Source: Lingula anatina
Taxonomy: Eukaryota > Animalia > Brachiopoda
Direction: 5' to 3'
NCBI GenBank assembly: GCA_051362555.1
Contig: CM120646.1
Location: 17,050,001-17,114,000 of the forward strand
DNA length: 64,000 nt
The translations under genes and the position numbers were made by a program. Below the pieces are notes generated by a model, which worked only from the letters and a program-made list of their open reading frames with translations, made no database searches and had not been told where the DNA came from. Below, one piece after another: positions 1 through 9,911 of the stretch (the stretch's first letter is position 1; each line of letters opens with the position of its first letter).

Positions 1-1005
1 TATGAACGCCTTTGTTTGAGCAGTCGATGTGTTTCTCGCGTTGCCATGGATACCAAATATGTTACACGGGAGTCTTATGTCCATACCAACTGATCCAGCT
101 TCAAAAACAACATTGGCGTACGTCAAAATGACGACTCGTTCTAACTTACTCGATCTATTCACTTTCATATAAGCTGATTGTGAAAAGTTAACGTTGACCC
201 TGGCCACTATTGCAATATCAACGTCTCTGTCTATGGATGCCAGTCTTAACATAGTCTCGGAATCAATCCAACCTGCTGGATCCGTCCATTTGTCGAACTC
301 GAAGCTGGTATCTTTCAGGTTGGTTTTATCCAGGTGTATATCCACATGCCCTAATATCTCGTGGATGAAAGCGCGCTCATTGTTTAACATCGCCAATATG
401 GCTGCAAAATCCATAAGAAATGCTGCAGTAGATATTGCAGTTACTAAAATGGACAACAAAATATTTAAAAAGGTGTGCCAACAGTCGCATCTACGCACTG
501 CTTTGCAAACTTTAAACCAAGACGAAGCTGCTCTGAATACCGTTGCTGCTAAACTTACAGCTCTTGACACAAAAGCTGCAGTTGATGTAACTTTTGTTCG
601 TACTAAACATGATCCAGTCGAGAACATTCTTATCGTCAAATATGCTAAAGGAAGGTCTTCAAAGGCCTCCTCAAAAAGAGTTATTATCTGTTCAATTAAA
701 CGCTCTTGTTTCAAATGAACCTTGTCAAGTTTGCAAAATTTCCTTATTGCAAAACAGAAGTATATAGTATGAATTGCCTGTGCCACAAATACTAAAGTTC
801 CGGTGATACAAAAAACAAAATAATAATCGTTCAAGTAAGGCGTCAGTCCTGCGTCATCTGGTTCTTGGTACTGAAAGTCGTATTCTTTAACTTCTTGGTA
901 TGCCAACCAGTCAGTGGCGATATCAAAAGTTGCTAATACAAAATTAGCTGCAACATATAGAAAACAAAGAGTGGATTTGCCCTCCCTCGTACAGCACTCC
1001 ATCAT
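1..1005 (-). CDS. Uncharacterised multi-pass membrane protein, paralog A (distantly XK-related-like); 3' end lies outside the window
   Basis: Not in the ORF track because it has no stop codon in the window. Open from ATG at 1005 (MMECCTREGKSTLCFLYVAANFVLATFDIATDWLAYQEVKEYDFQYQEPDDAGLTPYL...EEAFEDLPLAYLTIRMFSTGSCLV...FDKWTDPAGWIDSETM...DIRLPCNIFGI) to base 1. Collinear with the 4981..6681 protein; no introns. Confidence 0.85.
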   Translation of the reverse strand, partial: MMECCTREGKSTLCFLYVAANFVLATFDIATDWLAYQEVKEYDFQYQEPDDAGLTPYLNDYYFVFCITGTLVFVAQAIHTIYFCFAIRKFCKLDKVHLKQERLIEQIITLFEEAFEDLPLAYLTIRMFSTGSCLVRTKVTSTAAFVSRAVSLAATVFRAASSWFKVCKAVRRCDCWHTFLNILLSILVTAISTAAFLMDFAAILAMLNNERAFIHEILGHVDIHLDKTNLKDTSFEFDKWTDPAGWIDSETMLRLASIDRDVDIAIVARVNVNFSQSAYMKVNRSSKLERVVILTYANVVFEAGSVGMDIRLPCNIFGIHGNARNTSTAQTKAFI

Positions 1006-1239
1006 TAGTTCACGCCCACTAAATCAATATTCTTGTGAGGTCTTTGAACATTCGATGGTTACAAATAGCGTCAGTTAAATTCCAGCAGGCCTAACTTCCC
1101 TGTCGTTACGGTAAATTTTTTCTATTGGCAAACTATTAATCTTACCAGTACGCCTTTAGCAGCGTGGTTACGAAGTTTCGTTTATATCCTGCGCATTTCG
1201 CCCCTGAAACTTATAAGGTCTAAATGGAAATATGATCTG

Positions 1240-2372
1240 ACCAGTTTTTAGGTTAAGCCTTTCTTGCTTTACAAAAGCAGCTGTCTGCTGACACAATGTC
1301 AAACTATTCGGTGTAGTTATGAATACAGCGGGATTCGCGCTCTGGTGCGTTTATAGAATTTTATTGAAAATGTTTGAGACAATATATCACCAAACTGTTC
1401 TTGTTTATAACCGTCTGAGATGTTATAGTCTAAACAGCTGTAATTGGTGTACATTATTGGAGTTAACACTTTTAGGACTTGTCTAGGGACAATGTTTTAG
1501 ATTTTACTTTTGCTTTGTATCATCCTAGATGATTTCTAATCAGTATTCCGTCCGCGTATCCCTTGAATAGTGGTTTGAAAAGCTTATTATGGCTGAATGA
1601 GCATAATTTAAATGCTACCAGTTTTTAGGTTAAGCCTTTCTTGCTTTACAAAAGCAGCTGTCTGCTGACACAATGTCAAACTATTCGGCGTAGCTATGAA
1701 TACAGGGGTATACGCGCTCTGGTGCGTTTATAGAATTTTATCGAAAATGTTTGAGACAATATTTCACCAAACTGTTCTTGTTTATAACCGTCTGAGATGT
1801 TATAGTCGAAACAGCTGTAATTGGTGTACATTATTGGAGTTTACTCTTTTAGGACTTGCCTAGGGACAATGTTTTAGATTTTACTTTTGCTTTGTTTCAT
1901 CCTAGATGATTTCTAATCAGTATTCCGTCCGCGTATCCCTTGAATAGTGGTTTGAAAAGCTTATTATGGCTGAATGAGCATAATTTAAATGCTACCAGTT
2001 TTTAGGTTAAGCCTTTCTTGCTTTACAAAAGCAGCTGTCTGCTGACACAATGTCAAACTATTCGGTGTAGCTATGAATACAAGGGGATTCGCGCTCTGGT
2101 GCGTTTATAAAATTTTATTGAAAATGTTTGAGACAATATATCACCAAACTGTTCTTGTTTATAACCGTCTGAGATGTTATAGTCTAAACAGCTGTAATTG
2201 GTGTACATTATTGGAGTTTACACTTTTAGGACTTGTCTTGGGACAATGTTTTAGATTCTACTTTTGCCTTGTATCATCCTAGATGATTTCTAATCAGTAT
2301 TCCGTCCGTGTACCCCTTGAATAGTGGTTTGAAAAGCTGATTATGGCTGAATGAACATAATTTAAATGCTAC
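1240..2372. repeat. Tandem repeat, three near-identical 377-bp units
   Basis: Units start ACCAGTTTTTAGGTTAAGCC at 1240, 1617 and 1994 and end ...ATAATTTAAATGCT; only scattered substitutions. Confidence 0.95.
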
Positions 2373-3612
2373 TGGACGTACACATGCAGTAAGCTAGCTG
2401 GTGCTATATATCTTGTAAAAGTATATATTGCATTAATCTCACCGGTAGCCTTTTCGACGGCTGAGAACCAATACTGCACTTTCACTTTCAAACAAGCACT
2501 CCATTAGTCTTGTTGACTCAGTCTCAGTCAATCCTTACTAGTAATCTTTCATTAACGCGATCGTTAACAATACTAGAGGATAAGCTCAAATTACGCTTTT
2601 TCATTGTACCTGCTGGTTTGGCACATCATACAAACGGTGGTAGCTAGGCACTAATTTGCTTGCGTTGTGTGCAAAATCAGGGCAACAAAACTGTCAAATG
2701 TACGGACAAAAAGTAGAAAAAGGTTGTCAATTATGATGCAATAGGGCACCTTTGTCTCGTTTGCATGTGCGCCACAATACCGCGATGTCGCGTCGTTATT
2801 GCGAGACGTACCCACTTCCGGGGACAATATTGCCTAGATTGTTAAGATAGAATGGCAATATCTCTTCAGTTTTGAGTAATATGTCAAACTACAGAGGAAA
2901 GGAAAAGACGCTGTAGAGAACAGTCAAGTTCTAAAGTGTATCTATAGAAAAAGAGGTGCAACATTTAGAGACAGTCGTTCAGGCTTCTACTCTACATTTA
3001 AGGACTGAATTAAGTAACAGAGTCAAGGTTGCTTTCAGTGCCCAAACGTTGCACAATATCTTATAGCCCCCGGAAGTTACGAAATCTTGAATTTTTTTAG
3101 GAAAAATAGTCCAATCAAGCTGATTTCAAAGGTGACCTGCCCTTTACTAATATTCATCTATTCTGTATCTTTTAAGAACAAAAGGTCAAACTGTTTTGCA
3201 CTTATTTCTGAGAATGCACGGCGGTGACGACGACGGCGACTACAGACACACATGATAGCTATGCACGTACTAACAGACAAAATGTGTTCATCATTTCAAC
3301 AGCATGGTTTACATATAAGAAGTACATTGTGTATAGTTTCTTTTTCCTTTTATGGCTGATATTATATTTCAATGGTGAATCCTGGAGAGGGAATAGAGAG
3401 CACGTACCCCTTCCTTAGTTTTCGTTGTGACCCATTCTTCGCCTTTTCCCTTTAAATGAAAAATATAATATATATAAATAAATAAATATCTAGTATTTTC
3501 ATCACTTTTGAAAACAATTTTGCCAGTCTATTACTCTGCTTGTTTGTGAGTTTGTGCGCTTATAGTAAAATTTTGTCGGCGATAGCGGCTACAATTTTAG
3601 AGATTTTTGTTG

Positions 3613-3652
<40 letters not shown>

Positions 3653-4149
3653 TAGATAGATGATAGACCTAGGATGAACTGATATGATTGTTAGTGCAAC
3701 AGGGGGTTAGGCTGTTCCTGCGGATGGTCGATTCCTTACTCTTTTTGCATTTTAAATTCTGTCATCTCTTCCGATATTATTAGAGCGAGGAATTTCGATA
3801 TAAAACAGAATTATAAAATCGCCTAAAGAAGGAATGATAAAATTTTGGTAATGATGAATTAATTAGATAATGGTTAGTTATTAATTAATTAAATCATGGT
3901 AAGTTATTGATTAATTAATTAATGAAAATAATTGTTAGTTATTCATAAATTATATGGTAACTATCTACCTGTCCGCCAATGAAATGCTTTTCCCAAAACT
4001 TGACACTGTTTTTGAAACGGGCCCCGAACGCAGAATCGGCGCTATAATTCTTGAAATGTCAAAAGTAAAGTTTTAACGTTTTTTTCCTTTTTTTCACAAA
4101 AATTTTTATTGCTGGATGGATTGCTTTTCTACCAGTTAGAAACATTGGT

Positions 4150-4396
4150 ATCCGGTGCGAAGTGACAGAGAGACCCCATTGATAGAGAATCTGGTTCCCA
4201 TTCATTTGCACAGGTAAGCCTCGCCCTAGATTTTGAGCCACTTCCGTCAGGCTAACCCTAACCTGTATAATTAAATGGAGGGTGGACTCTCTGTCACACG
4301 GATCCTTAGTTTCGTCACACCGGCGCGAAAAGCAAAACACTTTCGTTCCCTAGGATGACCCGAACCTAGATTTCCACCTGTATTTCTACATAGTTA
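4150..4396. mobile_element. Dispersed repeat (non-autonomous element), homologous to ~51380..51745
   Basis: GGTTCCCATTCATTTGCACAGGTAA..CCCTAGATTTTGA..CCACTT..ACCCTAAC.TGTATAAT.AAATGGAGGGT.GACTCTCTGT..AGTTTCGT (4193..4315) recurs at 51438..51745. Ends are approximate. Confidence 0.7.
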
Positions 4397-4749
4397 AGAA
4401 ATATGTTCCTATGGGATATAATTTCCTTTCACAGAAACGCATGCCCTATGTAATAAATGTCAATATAATTGGTATTTAAAAAGAAAGCGATGAGCATTTC
4501 TAATTTTCGATTGGTCGACAGCGGCCATCACGCAACCTCATTGGTAAGGCGGTGGGATGGAAAAACTTTCAACAAATCTAAAAGGTAAGAAAATTCGTTT
4601 TCTTCTTTCTTTCTATTATGTATACTAGCCAGAAATCCGTAAATTTTAATAGGTGTGACAACAATTTTGAGCAACAGTGTATAAATAAATGTTTTAAGTA
4701 CTCTGCTTTTCAACAAAAGAACTTTTCGACAAAAGCAGTTGTGAAAGCA

Positions 4750-4968
4750 TCCGTGATATGCAAATACCCTTGACAAGTACAATAGTAAGGCTGATCAACA
4801 CTAGTTTAGAAAAACGCTTTAAAGTGTATGTATTAATGCTCACAATTCACACAGAGCTTATCTGGAAGTAAAGGTGTCGCCATTGTAACCTACGCCTTTG
4901 TTGGAGCTGGATCGGAGGGGTAAAGTGTATCAACATATAAGACTTCTAGGTAACATATTTGGTATCCA
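4750..4968 (+). pseudogene. Decayed fragment of a further copy of the membrane-protein gene, directly upstream of paralog B
   Basis: TCGCCATTGTAACCTACGCC..GCTGGATC..ATAAGACTTCTAGGTAACATATTTGGTATCCA aligns to internal CDS 5891..5978 (TCGCCATTTTGACGTACGCC..GCTGGATC..ATAAGACTCCCATGTAACATATTTGGTATCTA) with indels. Left boundary is approximate. Confidence 0.7.
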
Positions 4969-4980
4969 CAAGAGTTTAGA

Positions 4981-6681
4981 ATGGGGATGTGTAAAGGCTA
5001 TCTTAACCTCTTGTATATTATACCAGAAGTTAGTTTAATATTAACATCTTTTGATGTTCTCACTGACTGGTTGGCATACATCGAACTTAAAGAATTCGAT
5101 TTCTATTACCAAGAACCGAATGACCCAGGACTGACGTCTTATTTGCACGAAACTTATTATCAGTTTTGTATCATCGGAACTATAGTATATGTGGCACACA
5201 CCGCCTATAACATATACTTTTATGTCGCAATCGAAAAGTATATCAGAGAAGAAGACAGAGATGAAGACAGAGAAGAAGACAGAGAAGAAGGCGGAAAGCT
5301 GGACATACAGTTACTCATTGCACTGGTAATAGCGCTTGCTGAAGAGTCCCTAGAGGACCTTCCTTTAGCATATCTGACAATAAGAATGTTCTCGACTGGA
5401 TCATGTTTAGTACCGACAAAAGTTACATCCGCTGCAGCTTTTGTGTCAAGAGCTGCAAGTTTAGCAGCAAGGGTGTTCAGAGCAGGTTTGTCTTGGTTTA
5501 AGGTTTGCACTGCATCGTGTACCTGCAGATGTAGGCACGCTCCATTTCAGGTGTTGTCAATCATTTTTGTAATTTTAGTAAGTACAATATCTATTGCAGC
5601 ATTTCTTATGGATTTTGCAGCCATATTGGCGGTGATTAACAATAAGCACGCTTTCATCCACGATATTCTAAGGCATGTGGATGTACACCTGGATAAAACC
5701 AACCTGAAAACTGCCAGCCTCGAGTTCGACAAATGGACGGATCCAGCAGGTTGGATTGATTCCGAGACTATGTTTAACCTGGCATCCATAGACAGAGACG
5801 TTGATATAGCAATAGTGGCCAGGGTCAACATCAACTTTTCACACTCAGCTGCTTATATGAAACTGAACCAATCCAGCAAATTAGAACGAGTCGCCATTTT
5901 GACGTACGCCAATGTAGTTTATGAAGCTGGATCAGGTGGTATGGACATAAGACTCCCATGTAACATATTTGGTATCTATGACACATCGACTATTCAAACA
6001 AGGTCGTTCATAGAGACAACTCCGAACAACCATTCTTCGAACCAGTGGACGGAGAGAACCACAACTTTTAACCAACGGACAAACACAGAAATGACCCCTG
6101 TCAATAACATATCAACAAGCTTGGAATATCCGTTCAATTCAACTCATTCGTTCATACCGGACACGACAACGGGACACACCCCCACAACTACCGCCGCTCC
6201 ATTCAGCACCGATAGCCTCACTTTATCAACCGAAAATCAAATATCGGATGCAACACAGTCTGGAAATGTGTCTTCAATTAGGAACAACACTTTGAGAACA
6301 TGTGACGTCGTTTTTCACCTTCTGTACATGTCAAGCAAGTCTACAATATTCTACGACTACAAGATAGAGACCCGAAGTTCGCCCGACGACTGTAATCTTC
6401 AAAACGATTCGGTTGATCTAACTTTAGACTTTCAAACGATTATGCCGGATGCCAATGTTTCTAACTGGAAGCCCAGTGATTCGCCCAGCAACGAAAAATT
6501 ATTCTGTGGAGCCAGGAAACCGTTTCAATTCGACTTTGGACATATCACGACATGTGATGCCGATGCTGTTTTCGGAACCGTTTCCAAAAACAATATCAAG
6601 TTCTGGGAAAAGCATTTCAGTGGCGGAGAGGTAGATACGTATCAGTGCTTTGACGTCGGACGTTGCAAGAGGATGACTTGA
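4981..6681 (+). CDS. Uncharacterised multi-pass membrane glycoprotein, paralog B (566 aa; XK-related-like TM bundle, Ser/Thr-rich stalk, Cys-containing C-terminal domain)
   Basis: Single 1.7-kb ORF with several hydrophobic segments in aa 1-220. Motifs FDVLTDWLAY and EESLEDLPL recall the XK-family D-x-x-[ST]-D and E-x3-E-x-x-P motifs. C-terminal half has many N-x-S/T sequons and a T/S/P-rich tract. A conserved paralog lies at <1..1005. Confidence 0.85.
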   Translation: MGMCKGYLNLLYIIPEVSLILTSFDVLTDWLAYIELKEFDFYYQEPNDPGLTSYLHETYYQFCIIGTIVYVAHTAYNIYFYVAIEKYIREEDRDEDREEDREEGGKLDIQLLIALVIALAEESLEDLPLAYLTIRMFSTGSCLVPTKVTSAAAFVSRAASLAARVFRAGLSWFKVCTASCTCRCRHAPFQVLSIIFVILVSTISIAAFLMDFAAILAVINNKHAFIHDILRHVDVHLDKTNLKTASLEFDKWTDPAGWIDSETMFNLASIDRDVDIAIVARVNINFSHSAAYMKLNQSSKLERVAILTYANVVYEAGSGGMDIRLPCNIFGIYDTSTIQTRSFIETTPNNHSSNQWTERTTTFNQRTNTEMTPVNNISTSLEYPFNSTHSFIPDTTTGHTPTTTAAPFSTDSLTLSTENQISDATQSGNVSSIRNNTLRTCDVVFHLLYMSSKSTIFYDYKIETRSSPDDCNLQNDSVDLTLDFQTIMPDANVSNWKPSDSPSNEKLFCGARKPFQFDFGHITTCDADAVFGTVSKNNIKFWEKHFSGGEVDTYQCFDVGRCKRMT

Positions 6682-7252
6682 GGTGAAATACTAGCAGTAA
6701 ATCTAACTGTAAATTTGAGAATCTTTGTAACTGAGTTGCTTATAGTACTGTTCATTTACCTTTATAATAGGCCTTGATATCGCATCACGCAACAACCCGT
6801 ATATTTTGTATATTTTTTGTGAAATAATCATTTCCAAACGTTTCCTCATACACATAGAAAGTATTTTTTTGTGTATTTATCCAGTTTAGATCGAGAAAAA
6901 ACTAGAACTATGCATTAAATTCTTATTTACATGGGTTGTAAATTTTAATTTGCCTTAAACGCATCACTGATAAAACTTTATGAAATCTGTGAAAGTTTTT
7001 AGCCACATGTATGTTAAAGACGTGTATATTTAGATAGCTCATTAATATTTAATAAGGAAGGGGATACGCCTTACAGTCGAGTACAGCAGCCAGTTATCCC
7101 ACTATTGATTCTTTTGTTTTAATGCGTCTATATCAACCCCTTTGTAGAAGATTCGAGTGTACTTGAATGCGATATCACATCTACTGCAATTATCTAGCAT
7201 TACCACAGCCTATGTTAACATTACAGTGTACACAGTGAGTGGTGTACAGTAA

Positions 7253-7466
7253 GAGGGCATTCCCAGAGATTTAGATCGTTCTTGCTAGATCTACCTAACT
7301 CCCTGGGGGTTCACGCTAAATTGCAGTCAGCCGACCGCGCACGGAAGTTAATTATCCCCTTACAGCTTTTAGTAAGCGGGACAGACATTTAAGCCGGCTA
7401 AGCTGACAGTAATCTAGTGAGACTCCCCACGGGGATGGATCGATCTAAATCTCTGGGAATACACTC
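7253..7466. mobile_element. Tourist/PIF-Harbinger-like MITE (family 1)
   Basis: TIRs GAGGGCATTCCCAGAGATTTAGATCG / CGATCTAAATCTCTGGGAATACACTC, TAA on both sides (7250-52, 7467-69). Related copies at ~26371 and 52513. Confidence 0.85.
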
Positions 7467-9059
7467 TAAGGCTAGCTGATCTTCGATTGCACCCAGCTTA
7501 ATGATGCCCCTTACATCATTTAGATAACTATCTCGGATATAGAGAAAATCCCAAAACCGAAACGGTATTTTCTCCCCAAAATGGCGCTATGAACAGCGTC
7601 GTCCGTGAGACACTGCACTTAATCTCTATATTTAATTGGACTTTTGGAAAGTATGTTTTATTTCTTTAAATAGCAAAAAAAAAAAGGGGGGGGGGGGTTG
7701 TCTCCAATGTCTCAATGACTTTTACCGTTTTACCATTTCCCGACTTATTTTTTTTATGGCATAAAACTTGTAACGTCTATTTTCTGAAATGCATACTTTA
7801 TTTTAATAGATGTGCGAATTACCAGAAAAATATGTAATAATATATAATTGTTTAAATTTTATTGTCATTAATAACAGATTTAATAAAGCGTGTATAATCC
7901 ATCTTAATAGTTTTAATCGGAAACTGTCCATTAAATTGCTTTTGGATGATGCATTACATATTCGTAAGAATTGGGGATTGTTTGAACAAATGATAAAAAG
8001 AGAAAGCATTCTCAAAGGGTTCATTCAAATAATTTACAATTTATTCATTTGATCCATTTATTAAGACAGGAAATATATATATAGTTTACGCCATTTCTAC
8101 AAGCAAGTGCTCTATTTACAGCCAACTAACGGAAAGTTTGCCTAGTCCACAAGTGCCACTGCCTTATCCCCGTCGACCCCATTCTAAATTTCAAACCAAA
8201 CTGAAACTTCTAATTCAAATAAATATCCCGGCACTTCAGAGTCTCTTTTATCGCTAATGTGAAAGTTATAACACTCTTCGTTTAATTGCGAAATGCAAGT
8301 AATTGTGCAATAATATAAGGCGAATGTATAAGGATATTTAAAAAAGGCTGAAAAGAGAGATTCTTCTTTATTGAGATATTGACGTCTTTTGGGAATTTTA
8401 CCCTGTCTTTATATTTAACACAGTGAGGAGGCAGTATTTCTCTTATAAATTCTCAGGTTTACCAAAGACTTTGGAGTTTTTCATTTTAGAATTATTATTT
8501 GGTAATACGATTAAAAGATGCACAGTCTTTCAATTAAATATCGTAAAAGGCGCTGACGGTAGAATAGAGTGATGCAACGAACCTTTACCCTGAAGTAAAA
8601 TTGCCTGTCTGTTATATGTAAATGACACTAAAACTCAACCCCCTTCTATCCATGTAATAGATCAAGTTAACAAGAAGTTGCATTTGTCTCAAAATTTGGG
8701 AATGATAAGTTCTGTAAGGAAAATAAAAGAGAATTTAAAGCATATGCAGTAATATTCCCATGTATACGCAGTTAAACTGGCGCACTTATTTTCTGTCACA
8801 TAACCGTACATTTTCAAATCAATGATGTCGAGTTCATGGACAAAGTCTGCTATTTTCAGAAATTGAGTAAACAGCGTTTAGTTCTTATGAATTCATCTAG
8901 TGCAATTTGTACGAGAAAGTGCGCATGACTGCTAATGTGTTAGCATCAGTGATGGCAGTTAGTCCTAATCCAGAGTCTTTCGAATGTTTTGGAATACAGC
9001 GGGAATTCCAGTCGTAGAAAGTACAGTGGGCGTATCCGGCACGTGCCAGTGTTCAAGTG

Positions 9060-9911
9060 CTACTGCTCTATCGTTGTTAACGCATCCCCCACGGATCTCC
9101 CCCAGCGCGACGCTGAGCCACCGAAACCGTTGGCTTTCCTCTGGTACTTTTGTAACAAATCTAAGAGTTCCTCGGCAAGTTTAGGCTTTGACCGCCGAGT
9201 TCGCTTACGGCTACCAACGGACCGACCCCAACGCGAGCTTGAGTTTCCATACCCGCCACGGTTTTGCTTTTGGTGTTCTAACATCGCTAACAATTCCTCT
9301 ACGGTTGGTGAACTGCCGCTGATGCCACTGATGAATCTTTTCTTCCGTGCTGCGGAAAGGCCATTGCGCTTTTGGACCTTTGTATAATGAACGGCCGCTG
9401 ACGCAGAACGTTGCGACGTAGCACTATTTTTAATTCGATCGCCAGATGAAGATAGATATGCCTCTAGATACTGACTAAATTTTTCGTCGATTTCACAGAT
9501 TTTCTCAAGCTTGGCAACGCGTTCTAGGGCTTGTTGGTCGAAATAGACAGTTGCATGCGCCTCCAATTCTGGCTTGTTCACATGAATGTAAGTTTTCAGG
9601 AATGTTAGAAATTGCTCATCGTTTGCAACTAAGTCGAATAATCGTTCTTTAGATGGGTTACTTTCAATATCTGAATTAATATAATCGTCCAGTCCACTCT
9701 TTGGAACGTCGCCGTCACGAACATCTGGCGTTGCTTTAATTTCATCTAATTTCTTTAATGTTTCGGATAGTTTGTTACTTTCGCCGCCCTTTTTGCTGCC
9801 TGGAAATGTGGCAAGTTGGTTGTTTTGTTTTTCAATTCGGTCCTCTGTCAGCGGTTTAGCCACAACGAGATACACAAGAGAAAGAATGGCAAGGCAAAAA
9901 AATTCTCTCAT
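9060..9911 (-). CDS. Neuropeptide precursor (283 aa) encoding two C-terminally amidated SRWamide peptides
   Basis: Signal peptide MREFFCLAILSLVYLVVA; basic cleavage sites KR, RKKR and RKRTRR; two repeats ending SRW-G-R-SVG (Gly amide donor plus basic residue). Splice acceptor (ttcag) 9 nt before the ATG; coding exon starts at 9920. Confidence 0.9.
   Translation of the reverse strand: MREFFCLAILSLVYLVVAKPLTEDRIEKQNNQLATFPGSKKGGESNKLSETLKKLDEIKATPDVRDGDVPKSGLDDYINSDIESNPSKERLFDLVANDEQFLTFLKTYIHVNKPELEAHATVYFDQQALERVAKLEKICEIDEKFSQYLEAYLSSSGDRIKNSATSQRSASAAVHYTKVQKRNGLSAARKKRFISGISGSSPTVEELLAMLEHQKQNRGGYGNSSSRWGRSVGSRKRTRRSKPKLAEELLDLLQKYQRKANGFGGSASRWGRSVGDALTTIEQ

Noticed and set aside
194-718. 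174-aa plus-strand ORF, with similar ORFs at 5220..5510 and 5547..5834 on the minus strand
   Set aside because: Antisense shadows of the two paralogous membrane-protein CDSs; they resemble each other only because the real genes do.
1240-2372. Possible retrozyme (hammerhead-containing tandem repeat) or CRISPR-like array
   Set aside because: No CTGANGA..GAAA core on either strand (CTGAATGA plus stem is not followed by GAAA), and the units have no variable spacers.
8984-9387. Plus-strand ORFs overlapping the neuropeptide gene
   Set aside because: Antisense frames with no recognisable features.
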